DNA of 64,000 nucleotides from an uncultured Planctomycetota bacterium (GTDB taxonomy: Bacteria; Planctomycetota; Planctomycetia; Gemmatales; Gemmataceae), in NCBI GenBank assembly GCA_963718635.1, contig OY970367.1, positions 4,499,922 to 4,563,921 on the forward strand, in the 5' to 3' direction. The translations under genes were made by a program, and so were the position numbers. A model generated the notes under the pieces. It had not been told where the DNA came from. It made no database searches and saw only the letters and a list, made by a program, of their open reading frames with translations. Shown in pieces: positions 28,778-39,700 of the stretch. How positions within the stretch are numbered: position 1 is the first letter of the stretch; each line of letters opens with the position of its first letter.

Positions 28778-29614
28778 TTAGCGCCTCCAAAGGATAGCGT
28801 TGACTACCAGCCGGCGGAAGTCCTCATCCGCCCAATTGCGATGGCTATGGCCGCCAGTGAAACCGAACGATCGACCGCCATCCGGTCGCTCAAACGCCCA
28901 CGCCAAATGCTCTGGCCGGCCGGGGTACATCTTGGCGGCAGGAGTACCGCGAGAGTTGTCTGGAGGGATCGCGGTTAATATCGGGGTCACGTTTTTCATG
29001 TCTTCAACGAAGCGCATGTTGTAATACCACTCATCGCGGATGACGAAGGGTTTTACGCCGCGCGTGATCGAGTGTTTCGGCAATTCGCGGATGGACGCAT
29101 CCCAGTGCGGGTTGATGGAGAATCCGGCTTCATAATAACCGCCTAACCAGCCGAGCACCCGCTTGCCTGGTTCCTTGGGATACTCGACCGCATAATGGAT
29201 ATTGACGAAACCCGTTCCCTTGTCGAGCAGCTTTTGAATCACCTCCATGCGTTCGGGCTTGATGACCGGATGGCCGCCGCCGCCGTCCATGTAAAAGACG
29301 ACGGATGCAGCGCCATCGAAAATCTTTTCGTTCTTCGGCCAACCGTCGCGTGCCATCGTCACCCAGATATCCGGGGTCTGTTTCAGCAAATTCATTAGAA
29401 TCGCACAGCCTGCAAAAAACTCATGATCGCCAGGGCCATGGCTCTGCTTACCGGCAACGAGAACAATCTTTTTGCCTTTGAAGTCGGCCGGCGGATCGAC
29501 TTCCAACAGAACCTTTGATTGATCGAAAGGGTCGGCTGCCGGCGTCTCTGCTCCAGTGGCCGGGCGGCAGAGGCTGAGCAGCGCGAAGGGGAGCATTAGG
29601 AAAAGGGAACGCAT
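28778..29614 (-). CDS. Secreted ThuA-like (class-I glutamine-amidotransferase-like fold) protein
   Basis: Signal peptide MRSLFLMLPFALLSLCRPATGA. ThuA-like blocks KIVLVAG..., HEFFAGCA, ...GGHSH. Confidence 0.55.
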   Translation of the reverse strand: MRSLFLMLPFALLSLCRPATGAETPAADPFDQSKVLLEVDPPADFKGKKIVLVAGKQSHGPGDHEFFAGCAILMNLLKQTPDIWVTMARDGWPKNEKIFDGAASVVFYMDGGGGHPVIKPERMEVIQKLLDKGTGFVNIHYAVEYPKEPGKRVLGWLGGYYEAGFSINPHWDASIRELPKHSITRGVKPFVIRDEWYYNMRFVEDMKNVTPILTAIPPDNSRGTPAAKMYPGRPEHLAWAFERPDGGRSFGFTGGHSHRNWADEDFRRLVVNAILWRR

Positions 29615-29709
29615 TGCATGGTTCTCCGAAAACAGTGATGTCTAAAGCTTTCGTTAATGTATGCAAAGATTCCATTTCGAAAGTTTGATGAGTCCTTCTA
29701 CATTAACTG

Positions 29710-31740
29710 TTGAACGCCGTCCGAACCTCTCGGGTCCATTTTTTCATGCATCGCGAAGTCTCTGATGTCGACGATCTGTTCGGGCGAGCCGAAACTCTTG
29801 GCCTTTATCTGTTGACGGCCGGTCTCGCTCTGTTGATTGGCCGTGATCTCGCTCCATCGGTTTTGCCTTGGCTTGGGCTCGAGTCGATGTTTGCGGGGCG
29901 TGAACTCTTTGGATATCGCTATGCTCTTCTGGCGGCCATCATCGGCGGCGCTCGGATCCTTTTTCATTCGCTGGAGGCAATGTTCGAAGGCCGTTTCGTT
30001 GCGGAAATCGCCATCGCCGTCGCGGCTATCGGCGCCATTTTGTTGCGCGAGCCCTTGGTGGCTGCAGAAGTCATATTTATCGCTCAGCTCGGCGAATGCC
30101 TTGAGGCCTGGACCTTAGCCCGCGCTCAGCACGGCATCCGCAAACTGGTGGAAGTTTTTCCTCAGCGTTGCTGGTTGCTGCGCGATGGCCAAGAAGTTCG
30201 CGTTTTGATCAACGAAGTTCGCCGGGGCGACAAGGTTGTTGTCAAGCCGGGGGGCAAGATTCCGGTTGACGGAGTAGTGCTCGAAGGCGAGTCCTCCGTA
30301 GATGCCAGCGCGTTGACAGGCGAAAGTATCCCGCTCGATCGCGTTCCTGGCGATGCGGTCTTGGCAGGCAGCCTCAATCAATTCGGGCAACTGACGATTG
30401 AAGCGAAGAAGGTTGCGGAAGAGACAGTTGCCGGCCGGGCTATCCAATTGACCGCACAGGCCCTGCGGAATAAAGCGCCAATCGAACGAACGGTCGATCG
30501 CTATGCTTCCTGGTTTCTACCTGCGGTGCTAGCCGCCGCAATGCTGATTTTCTTGCTGAATGTCGTTTACCAAACGAGCCTCCGTCCGGCGGAAGTCCGC
30601 CTTTCTTTCAACGTAGCAGCCCGGCTTAGCCTTTATCCGGCGCTGGCGGTCCTAGTAGTGGCGTGCCCTTGCGCATTGGTATTAGCGACGCCAGCGGCCG
30701 TGATTGCTGCGCTCGGCCGTCTGGCCGGCACCGGCATCCTTATCAAAGGCAGCATCGCGCTGGAACGCTTGGCACAAGTTCAGGCATTTGCATTCGATAA
30801 AACGGGCACACTGACGGAAGGCAAGCTGGAGCTCGGCGACATCATTGCGTTCAACAATCTAACCGACAACGATATTCTTCGCACGGCAGCCTTGGCCGAG
30901 CAAGGGAGTGAGCATCCGCTTGGCAAGATGATCGTTGACGAAGCGCGTTCGCGCGTTGCTCATGAGAGCCGTCGCCAGATTTCAAGCTTTTCCCGGCGGA
31001 GGAGTCGGCGCGGATGATGATGGCGCCGCCATACTTGTCGGCACCCGCCGGCTTTTAGAAGAGCAGCATGTCGGAGTCTCCGCGTCCGCAATTGATGCCA
31101 TTGCCAGACTTGACGAAACAGGTCAAACGTCTCTGTTGGTCGCACGCAATGGGGTTCTGCTTGGCATCATCGGCGCTCGAGACCGCGTTTGCGCCGATGC
31201 GGCCGACGTGTTGCAGGAATTGCGCAACGCCGGAATCGAACAAATCACCATGTTGACCGGCGACCGTGCTTCCGTTGCCCGAACGGTCGGCGAACAACTT
31301 AAAATTGATGACATACGCGCCGAGCAGCTTCCTAATGAAAAAGCCGATTTAATAGCAGCCAATCATGCAAGAACATGCTACGTCGGCGACGGCATTAACG
31401 ATGCGCCAGCGCTGAGCTTGCGCCTCAGTGGGGATCGCTGTGGGCCGAGGTACCGAGCTGGCCGCAGCGTCGGGCGACATTGTCGTTCTCGGTGAACCTC
31501 TGCGCTATCTGCCTTTGCTCTTGCGCTTATCGCGCGAGACAATGCGGTTGATTCGCCAGAATATCCTTATCTTCGCATTCGGCGTGAACATCGTTGGCAT
31601 CGTCTTCACCGGCTTGCTTTGGCCGCTCTTCGCAACGTCACCCGAGCTTTACGACAAGGCCCCGCTGGTGGGCGTCATTTATCATCAGCTCGGTTCGCTG
31701 TTGGTCTTGTTCAATTCGATGCGGCTGCTCGCATTCGAAC
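29710..31740 (+). pseudogene. P1B-type (heavy-metal) P-type ATPase, interrupted by two frameshifts (~30950-31010 and ~31425)
   Basis: TGES, CPC (VACPCALVLATP), DKTGTLT, SEHPLGK, MLTGDRASVA and VGDGINDAPAL are all present, but spread over three frames (29710..31017, 30935..31495, 31428..). There is no stop between the ATPase C-terminal TM helices and the downstream SPFH domain. Confidence 0.7.
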
Positions 31741-32976
31741 GCCGTGCTCCTGAAACGTGGATCGAGTGGAAACTTCGCTATCGGCTATTCGAACTGTGGG
31801 CGGAACGCAATCTTGATGCTGATCGTTTGCTGCATGCTGCAGTCGATTATCGTAAATCCATTCTTATTGGAGTGGTTACCTTGCTCTTTGCCGGATGGAT
31901 CGCAAGCGGGACCACGGTTGTCGAAGCAGATGAACTCGCAGTCGTTCAACAGTTCGGGCAAATTCAGGACAATCTGAAGCCGGGGTTACATTGGTGTTGG
32001 CCTTGGCCAATTGATGTCGTTCGTAAGATCAAACCCGCTGAAATCAAAGTCGTGTCAATTGATTTTCGAGATCGGTACGCGGTTGATGGCGATCTCCAAA
32101 CATCGGTGGACTACGACGATACGACCTGGACAAGCAGTCACGGCGGAACGGAAGGACGGAACGCATCGCTCTTCACGGGCGACCGCAATCTTGTGGATGT
32201 CCGCGCCAGCGTTCAGTACACGATTACCGAGCCGAGAGCCTATCTGTTCGCGGCACGGCAGCCGCAAAACTTGATCCGCACGGCTGGCGAAGCCGTCCTG
32301 CGCGAATTCATTGGCAGCCACCCGTTCGTTGAACTGCTCACGACGCAACGGCTCGAAATGCAACGGAAAATTGCTGAAAAGCTCGAGGAGCAGCTTGCCG
32401 GTCTCAACGGCGACGGCATCGGCATCCACGTTGTGGGCGTAGTCATTCACGATCTCCATCCGCCGTTGCTCGTCGCGAAGGATTACTATCGTCTCGCCAA
32501 GGCGCTTCAGGAAAAAGAGCAACGCCGGCATCGTGCCCATGCGGAAGCGGCGCGTGATTAAAAGCCGTGCCATTGAGGATGAATACAAGCAATCGAGTAG
32601 CGCTCGCAGGTCCGCCAATGAAATCGTTGAAGATGCCCGTTCCAACAGCGCCGAACTTTTAGGTTGGCAGCGTGCTAGGCGAGAAGTGAGCGCCGCGCAG
32701 GAATGGGAGATGTTCGCACATTTTGCCCACCGACTCGAATCGGGAGCGGACATCGCCGTCGCCTACGCGGACGCTGTTCTGGAGGAACAGGCGCTGCTGT
32801 CGCTACGGCGTTCACTGATCGACTTCAACTTGTCCTGGACCGCCATCGGCGCCGTGCTTCAGGGTCGCGACAAGGTCATCATCGATGCGGAGCAACCGGG
32901 CGGAAAAATGCACTTGTTCTTATTTGACCCCGACTTGCTACGCCCAGGGCTAGTGTTCCCTTCGATTCAGAAATGA
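31740..32976 (+). pseudogene. HflK-like SPFH/band-7 protein, frameshifted (~32540); in-frame continuous with the ATPase tail
   Basis: TM ILIGVVTLLFAGWIASG then the SPFH core ...ELAVVQQFGQIQDNLKPGLHWCWPWPIDVV. The coiled-coil C-terminus continues in ORF 32533..32976. Confidence 0.6.
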
Positions 32977-33021
32977 AGGTGGCTTGAAGTGCCAGCCTTT
33001 GAAATTGTTTGAGTTTATCCC

Positions 33022-34008
33022 TTGGAAGGATTTAGCGTGTCTCGTTTCAAAGTGATTGTGCTTCTGCTGCTGTTTATGCTGTGGGCCCAGTCGGCACTCT
33101 ACACAGTTGACCAATCCGAATTCGCCTACGTCACACGTTTTGGCGAGCCCGTGCTAGTGCAGGACGGCGCCACGTCCGCAGGTTTCCATAGCAAATGGCC
33201 ATATCCGATCGAATCGGTTCGACGGATCGATCGACGTATTCAGATCATTGACCTACCTCCCACGGAGCCGTTGACGCGCGATGCCGTCGACAAAGAGGTG
33301 GGCAAAACGCTGACAGTCGATGCCTTCGTCTGCTGGCGGATCCCCGATGCCGAAGCCGCCGATCGTTTTGTACGTGCCGTGGGGACGATGGAACAAGCCC
33401 GCCGGTTGTTGACTCCGCGCATCAACGGGAGGCTGACGGCGATCATCAGCAATGTTCCGTTCACCGATCTTTTCGGTGTCGCCGATGATCGCGAGGTCGA
33501 GAAACGATCCGAAAGCATACGCCGTAAATTGCTCGGTTTTGAAAAGCTCGGCGCTAACGACGTCGATGAGCCGTTGCCAACGACGATCTTGCGAGAGTAT
33601 GGCATTCAAATCCTTGATGTGCGCTTACGCCGGCTGAGCTATCCGGAGGCGGCCTTGCCGAGCATCATTGAGAGCATCAGCGAGCGCTTGAAAGAGAAGG
33701 TGACGAAAATCGAAACCGAGGGCGCTCAACTTTACATTCAAATTGTCGAAGATGGAAAGTACGAGGCCGCTAAGATTGAGAAGCGAGCTGCGACAGAGAA
33801 GCGGATTATCGAAAGCAAAGCCGATCTGGAAGCCAATGAAATTCGCCTGCGTGCAGAAAGTCACGACGTAGAGTTTGCTCGCTTCTGGCGCAAAATGAAG
33901 ACGTTGCAAGCAAGCATGTCCAATTCGAATGACACTCTTCTGCTGTCGGGCAAACATCCCTTGTTCGACTTGCTATTGCGGCCGCCGCAAGAGGAGAAGC
34001 CGAAATGA
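33022..34008 (+). CDS. HflC-like SPFH/band-7 protein
   Basis: N-terminal TM, then YTVDQSEFAYVTRFGEPV... and a long coiled-coil C-terminus. Confidence 0.75.
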   Translation: MEGFSVSRFKVIVLLLLFMLWAQSALYTVDQSEFAYVTRFGEPVLVQDGATSAGFHSKWPYPIESVRRIDRRIQIIDLPPTEPLTRDAVDKEVGKTLTVDAFVCWRIPDAEAADRFVRAVGTMEQARRLLTPRINGRLTAIISNVPFTDLFGVADDREVEKRSESIRRKLLGFEKLGANDVDEPLPTTILREYGIQILDVRLRRLSYPEAALPSIIESISERLKEKVTKIETEGAQLYIQIVEDGKYEAAKIEKRAATEKRIIESKADLEANEIRLRAESHDVEFARFWRKMKTLQASMSNSNDTLLLSGKHPLFDLLLRPPQEEKPK

Positions 34009-34973
34009 AACGGCTTGCCCTCGGCGTCTTCGCATTGTTTGGGGCGTATCTCTTCACGGGCATCGCTGAAATCCATCCGGGTGAGCGTGCAGTGGTGAAA
34101 CGATTCGGCCGCATTGTTGCGCGTCCTGGTCCCGGCCTATGGTTCGGGCTGCCATGGGGCATGGACACTGTCGACCGCGTGCCGATTACTCAAGTTAGGC
34201 GCATCACCGTCGGCTTTCAACCTCGCGAGGAAGGCGACTCAGCTGACGCTGGGGTCATGTTGACGGGCGATGAAAATCTCGTGGAACTTCGCGTCCATAT
34301 CGACTTCGCTGTCGCGGAAGGCGATGCGAGCCTGGATGAATATGTGCTCCATCGGGCTCAAGCCGAGACAATAATTGGACGCGAAACCGAAGCCGCATTG
34401 ACGGAGTGGGCTTCGGGAGCGTCCATCGATCGACTACTCATAACGGGAAGCAGCGAACTGCCGCGCTGGTTGATGACACGGGTTCAAGGCCGCCTTGAAC
34501 CGTATCACCTTGGCGTGCGCATCCAAAGTGCCAGCGTGGTGCGGGTAGCGCCGCCGGAAGAGGTCCGGCGCGATTTCGAGCGCGTCAACCAGGCGGAAGC
34601 CGTCAACCGCACCCGCGTTTCGCAGGCACGCCAGGAAGAAAGCCAGCTTCTCCGGCAGGCGGAGAGTACAGACTATCGTCTTCGCCAGCAAGCGATCGCG
34701 TATAAGGAACGCAGTAACGCTATTGCTCAGGCCGATGCGGACGCCTTCGAGCTTCGAGTGACACAATACTACCGCACGCGGCGCGCAAACCCGCAAATTT
34801 TATCGCTCATCTGGTGGGACGAAATGAGCAAGCTCTTCGGACTTTTGCACGAGCGCGGCCGTATTGAACTGCTGGATTCTTATCTAGGTCCCGATGGGCT
34901 CGATTTATCACGGTTGGGCCTTGGAAAAGCGAAACAGGAAGAGACAGCAAAAAAATATGGAACCAAAAAATAA
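34005..34973 (+). CDS. HflK-like SPFH/band-7 protein (second copy)
   Basis: TM, then IHPGERAVVKRFGRIVARPGPGLWFGLPWGMDTV. The start overlaps the previous stop (ATGA). Confidence 0.7.
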   Translation: MKRLALGVFALFGAYLFTGIAEIHPGERAVVKRFGRIVARPGPGLWFGLPWGMDTVDRVPITQVRRITVGFQPREEGDSADAGVMLTGDENLVELRVHIDFAVAEGDASLDEYVLHRAQAETIIGRETEAALTEWASGASIDRLLITGSSELPRWLMTRVQGRLEPYHLGVRIQSASVVRVAPPEEVRRDFERVNQAEAVNRTRVSQARQEESQLLRQAESTDYRLRQQAIAYKERSNAIAQADADAFELRVTQYYRTRRANPQILSLIWWDEMSKLFGLLHERGRIELLDSYLGPDGLDLSRLGLGKAKQEETAKKYGTKK

Positions 34974-35038
34974 GAGCGAAGAACGGCAGTTCAACCACGG
35001 CTGAAACTTTCGCGTTTTCCTGATTCGATCTGTCTCCT

Positions 35039-35900
35039 TTACCCGTGATCTGTGCCGCCTTCAATTGGTTCGCCCAGGTCGTCGGCGATTTGTTTGAGGT
35101 CTTCGTAGATGGTGCCCATGCGCGCGGGGCGCTTCTCCGGTAGAAAGGCCAGACAGCTTTCAATCAGCTCGCCGAGTTCTTCGGGAACTTTCGGGTTCAG
35201 CTCGCACACGGGTTTGAGCATCGCTTTCCACGATTTCTCATTCAAGCGTAATTCGGGAACAGCGGCAACCGATGGTGGGAGTTTCAGTGTCGCCAACCGG
35301 TACATTGTTGCCCCGAGGTTGTAGATGTCCGTCTTCTCGTTGACGACTTTGCCGCGAACGGTTTCCGGCGCCATGTATTCGGGGGTGCCCTGGATGCGGT
35401 CACGCGGTTCGCCCTTCACATAGGCCAGGCCATAGTCGAGTATTTTAACCTCGCCGCGTTTGCCGAGCATAATGTTGTTCGGCTTCAAATCCGCATGACA
35501 GACCCTGCGTTGGTGCATATGCATAAGGCCAATGGTAATGCGCGCGAACACGGTCACGAGCTTATCCATGGCCATCGGCGGCAGCAGGTCGAGCGTTTTG
35601 CCGTTCACGTATTCGATCAGAAGATGGACCTTTCTAACGCGAAAGAACCAGTCCTTTTCCATTTCCAGACAATGAATTTTGATGAGATTGGGATGACTGA
35701 GCATCTGGGCAATGCGAAACTCATGGCGGGCCTGATCGAGAAACTTCTGTTCTTCGGCGCTTCGATCAGCACGACCTTGAGCGCGTATTCGCGTGAATCG
35801 GCCTGGCGGCGCACGTGTAGAATGGAAGAGTGGCGCCGGCGCCGAGCGTACCTAGAACGTTGTATTTGCCAATGGTATCAATGAGGGCCACGCGTCACCT
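35039..35900 (-). pseudogene. Ser/Thr protein kinase, N-lobe disrupted by two frameshifts
   Basis: The C-lobe is intact in one frame (HPNLIKI, HADLKPNNIML, DYGLA, GTPEYMAPE). The glycine loop LGTLGAGA and the REYALKVV (VAIK-like) block lie in two other frames within ~100 bp. Confidence 0.6.
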
Positions 35901-36060
35901 CGTGCTTGATGGGCGAGCAGACGATAAAAGCGTTTTAATGTTTTCGAATCAAAGAGGGAAGCACGAAAGCCGATTCGTGTTAGTGAGCTCTGAAATTTGG
36001 CACTCGCCAAAATGCACTCTGCACACGTAGCGTAAACAGTACATTCAGTGGAAAATATGC

Positions 36061-39000
36061 ATGACGGAAATTGAATCCGAAAAGCGAATCCAAGCATACG
36101 GGCGGGAAATCTTTGCACGCGTTGATCGCCGTGGGCCTTTGCCCTTTTCGCCGCACTGGTTCGACGAACGCCTGATGAATTGGACCATGAGCCAGGATTC
36201 ACTGAAGATTCAACTCTTTCGCTTCATTGATGCTTTGCCTCTGCTCGATCATCCGGAAGCCATTGCCGGTCATCTGCGCGAGTATCTTGATGCAGCCGGG
36301 TCTGGAACCCCTTGGTGGGTTCGGCATGGAAGAAAGCTGCTGCCGACCCGGGGTGTCCTAGCCCGACTGTTAGCTAATGCGGCCAAAGGAAACGCCAGTC
36401 ACCTGGCGCGTCGCTTTATCGCTGGATCGAATGTCGAAGAAGCGTTGCGAACCATCCAGGCCCAGCGCGCCCACTCCTTGGCGTTCACGATTGACCTGCT
36501 CGGCGAAGCAACGATCACGGAGGCCGAGGCGGATGGCGTTCAAGCGCAATATCTCGAACTTCTTGAAGGCTTGAGCCAAGCAGTCAATCGCTGGCCGGAG
36601 GAGCCTCTGATCGATCGCGACGATAATGGGCCGATTCCACGAGTGAACGTATCCGTTAAGCTCTCGGCCCTCTTCAGCCAGTTCGATCCCATCGATCCCG
36701 TTGGAACCAGTGAAGCGGTGCGACGCCGCTTGCGGCCGATCTTGCGAACCGCGAAGCGCTTGCACGCTTTCGTCAACTTCGACATGGAGCAATATGCGTT
36801 CAAAGACACAACGTTACGCATCTTTCGTGAGATACTCGAAGAGCCCGAATTTTGCAATTGGCCGAACATCGGCATTGCCATGCAAGCCTATCTGACAGAC
36901 ACCGAGCACGATCTGCAGCAATTGCTCGAGTGGACTAAAAAACGCGGCATGCCGGTTTGGATTCGGCTCGTCAAAGGCGCCTATTGGGATTACGAAACCA
37001 TACTCGCCGCCCGAGAGGGCTGGCCAGTTCCCGTCTTCACGGAAAAATGGAAAAGCGATGCCAGTTTCGAATCGTGCGCTCGGCTTCTTATGTCAAACTA
37101 CCAATGGCTTCGGCCCGCTTTCGGCACCCATAATGTCAGGAGCATCGCGGCCGTGCTTGCCTTGGCGGAGGAGTTCAACGTTCCGCCGCTCCAATACGAA
37201 TTTCAGATGCTCTACGGCATGGCGGACGAGTTCAAAGACGTACTCGTCCGCATGGGCCGACGAATGCGCATCTATACGCCCTATGGCCAACTCTTGCCGG
37301 GCATGGCTTATCTGGTCCGCCGACTGCTGGAAAACACCTCGAACGAATCGTTTTTACAGGCAAGCCATCGAAACGATGTTTCGGAAGAGCATCTTCTTAG
37401 GAAATTCGGAATGCGGAATTCTTTGAAATGCGGAATTCGGAATTCTTCGGAATGCGGAATTGGGAATTCGGAATTCGGAATGAAAGACAAGGCATTACAG
37501 GAGAAATCAATGGATAATGAAGTCGGCCATTCCGCATTCCGAATTCCGCATTCCGAGTTAAGAAAAAATTCCGAATTTCTTAATGAGCCTTTGACCGATT
37601 TTGCCCGGGAAGAGAGCCGGCTCAAAATGCAGTCGGCCCTGGAAGAAGTCGGCAAGCATTTCGGGCGGCGCTATCCGCTCGTGATAAACAACCAAGAAAT
37701 CGTCACCGAGAAGTGGATCGATTCGCTGAATCCATCCCATGCCGTCCAAGTCGTCGGCCATTGTGCCCAAGCGAATATTGAGCAGGCCCAGGTGGCTGTT
37801 CGGGCGGCATTGGCGGCATTCGATGACTGGCGCGATACCACTCCTGAAGTTCGCGCAGGGTTGCTCGAAAAGGTCGCTCAAATCATGCGGCGGCGGCGCT
37901 TTGAACTCGCCGCCTGGGCACTATATGAATGCGGCAAGCCGTGGCGTGAAGCGGATGCCGACATCGCGGAGGCCATTGATTTCTGCGACTATTATGCACG
38001 CGAGATGCGCCGTTTGTCTTCGCCGCAACGGCACAACATGCCCGGTGAAGACAATGAAACCTTTTACGAGCCGCGCGGGGTTGCAGTTGTAATCGCACCT
38101 TGGAACTTCCCGTTAGCGATTCTCTGCGGTATGACGACAGCCGCGCTTGTCACTGGCAATACCGTGATCATGAAGCCGGCCGAGCAGTCGTCGGTCATCG
38201 CGGCCAAACTGATGGAGATGTTTCACGAAGCCGGCTTTCCACCCGGCGTGGTGAATTATCTGCCCGGCATCGGTGAGGAGATCGGGCCGACGCTGACAAC
38301 GCATCCCGATGTCGCGCTCATTGCCTTTACGGGCTCGCTCCAAGTGGGTTTGAAGATCAACGAAGAAGGCTCGCGAACGCCTCCGGAACAGCACCATGTT
38401 CGAAGAATCATTGCCGAGATGGGCGGCAAGAATGCAATCATCGTCGACTCCGACGCCGACTTAGACGAAGCGGTCAAAGGGGTCGTCGAAAGCGCCTTTG
38501 GCTATCAGGGTCAAAAATGTTCGGCCGGCTCGCGGGTCATTGTTCTGGAGCCTCTCTACGGTCGCTTTCTGGAGCGGCTGGTGGAAGCGACGAAAAGCCT
38601 GACCGTTGCGCCGGCAGAATCGCCCGGCTGCTCGGTTGGCCCGGTGATTGATGCGGAATCGCGCGACCGCATTTTGCGCTCGATTGAGAAGGGCAAACAG
38701 GAAGGACGATTGGTCTACGCGGCAGCTACTGGCAGTTTGCACACAGAAGGTTTCTACGTCGGCCCACATATTTTTGCCGACGTGCCTGAAACTGCCTCCA
38801 TCGCCAATGACGAAATTTTCGGGCCAGTACTGGCGGTGATGAAGGCAGCCAATCTCGATGAGGCGCTACGCATCGCCAACGGCGCCAAATACGCCCTGAC
38901 CGGCGGCATCTTCTCGCGAAGCCCGAAAAACATCGAGCAGGTGAAGCGTCGCTTCCGCGTCGGCAACCTCTATATCAATCGCAAGATCACCGGAGCCCTC

Positions 39001-39156
39001 GTCAATCGGCAGCCATTCGGCGGCTTCAAGCTATCGGGCATCGGCTCCAAAGCCGGCGGACCGGATTATCTGCTGCAATTTCTGCTGCCGCGAACAATCA
39101 CGGAAAACACCATGCGCCGAGGCTTCGCACCCGTGGCTGAGGGGGTGGGGATTTGA
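36061..39156 (+). CDS. putA: Bifunctional proline dehydrogenase / L-glutamate-gamma-semialdehyde (P5C) dehydrogenase, PutA-like
   Basis: 1031 aa. The N-terminal PRODH barrel is followed by an ALDH domain with catalytic EMGGKNAIIVD and FGYQGQKCSAGSR. An in-frame repeat insertion lies in the inter-domain linker. Confidence 0.85.
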   Translation: MTEIESEKRIQAYGREIFARVDRRGPLPFSPHWFDERLMNWTMSQDSLKIQLFRFIDALPLLDHPEAIAGHLREYLDAAGSGTPWWVRHGRKLLPTRGVLARLLANAAKGNASHLARRFIAGSNVEEALRTIQAQRAHSLAFTIDLLGEATITEAEADGVQAQYLELLEGLSQAVNRWPEEPLIDRDDNGPIPRVNVSVKLSALFSQFDPIDPVGTSEAVRRRLRPILRTAKRLHAFVNFDMEQYAFKDTTLRIFREILEEPEFCNWPNIGIAMQAYLTDTEHDLQQLLEWTKKRGMPVWIRLVKGAYWDYETILAAREGWPVPVFTEKWKSDASFESCARLLMSNYQWLRPAFGTHNVRSIAAVLALAEEFNVPPLQYEFQMLYGMADEFKDVLVRMGRRMRIYTPYGQLLPGMAYLVRRLLENTSNESFLQASHRNDVSEEHLLRKFGMRNSLKCGIRNSSECGIGNSEFGMKDKALQEKSMDNEVGHSAFRIPHSELRKNSEFLNEPLTDFAREESRLKMQSALEEVGKHFGRRYPLVINNQEIVTEKWIDSLNPSHAVQVVGHCAQANIEQAQVAVRAALAAFDDWRDTTPEVRAGLLEKVAQIMRRRRFELAAWALYECGKPWREADADIAEAIDFCDYYAREMRRLSSPQRHNMPGEDNETFYEPRGVAVVIAPWNFPLAILCGMTTAALVTGNTVIMKPAEQSSVIAAKLMEMFHEAGFPPGVVNYLPGIGEEIGPTLTTHPDVALIAFTGSLQVGLKINEEGSRTPPEQHHVRRIIAEMGGKNAIIVDSDADLDEAVKGVVESAFGYQGQKCSAGSRVIVLEPLYGRFLERLVEATKSLTVAPAESPGCSVGPVIDAESRDRILRSIEKGKQEGRLVYAAATGSLHTEGFYVGPHIFADVPETASIANDEIFGPVLAVMKAANLDEALRIANGAKYALTGGIFSRSPKNIEQVKRRFRVGNLYINRKITGALVNRQPFGGFKLSGIGSKAGGPDYLLQFLLPRTITENTMRRGFAPVAEGVGI
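37400..37580. repeat. In-frame inverted-repeat insertion within putA: direct GGAATTCGGAATGCGGAATTC repeats (left) facing their reverse complement ccattccgcattccgaattccgcattccgag (right)
   Basis: Read directly. It encodes the low-complexity peptide KFGMRNSLKCGIRNSSECGIGNSEFGM...GHSAFRIPHSELRKNSEF. Confidence 0.8.
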
Positions 39157-39211
39157 GAGAAAGAAAACTGCGGAAATATGCGTAGCATCGTTCCATCAAG
39201 GCGGTCGCAAG

Positions 39212-39585
39212 TTATAACAGCTTCTTCGTCCTCCCACTCTTGCGGACCATGGAGTCCTGCAATCGTTTCAGATAATGATCGGGGTTGAGCCGTATTTCGT
39301 CCATGAAGCGGCGAGCAAGTGGGCTTGGATTTCCCAACCCTTGCTCCCATTGGCTTACCGTTTTGCCGGATACCCCAAGAAATCGAGCAAATACCTGCTG
39401 GCTCGCACTCAACATTTTTCGTGTTTGCTTGACCATCGTCGAAGTGTATGAGCGTGGCTTCAGATCGAGCTGCATCTGGTAGCAGGTAAATCGTATACTG
39501 AGATCTTCATTTGCTTCTAATGCGTCTGCAAGTTCAGTGAACCCAGCAATCAAATCCTCGGCGACATTCGGTTTCTTTTTCATCG
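39212..39585 (-). CDS. HigA-like XRE-family HTH antitoxin (YiaG/COG2944-like)
   Basis: ...KQTRKMLSASQQVFARFLGVSGKTVSQWEQGLGNPSPLARRFM is an HTH motif. The RBS gaaagagg precedes an ATG. It sits downstream of a RelE/HigB-like toxin gene, i.e. toxin-first order. Confidence 0.6.
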
Positions 39586-39700
39586 TATCACCTCTTTCAA
39601 CACTCATCACAACTGGACTCGCGCCTGAACACGGTAAGGTCGGCTCAGTAGAGATCGTTCAACGCGGTGCACGGCCGACTCGAGCGCTGCCTTTTCTTCA

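Noticed and set aside
32055-32753. 232-aa ORF on the minus strand
   Set aside because: It is fully antisense to the SPFH (HflK-like) coding region, which has clear domain motifs. It has no domain and no RBS, so it is a GC-rich antisense artefact.
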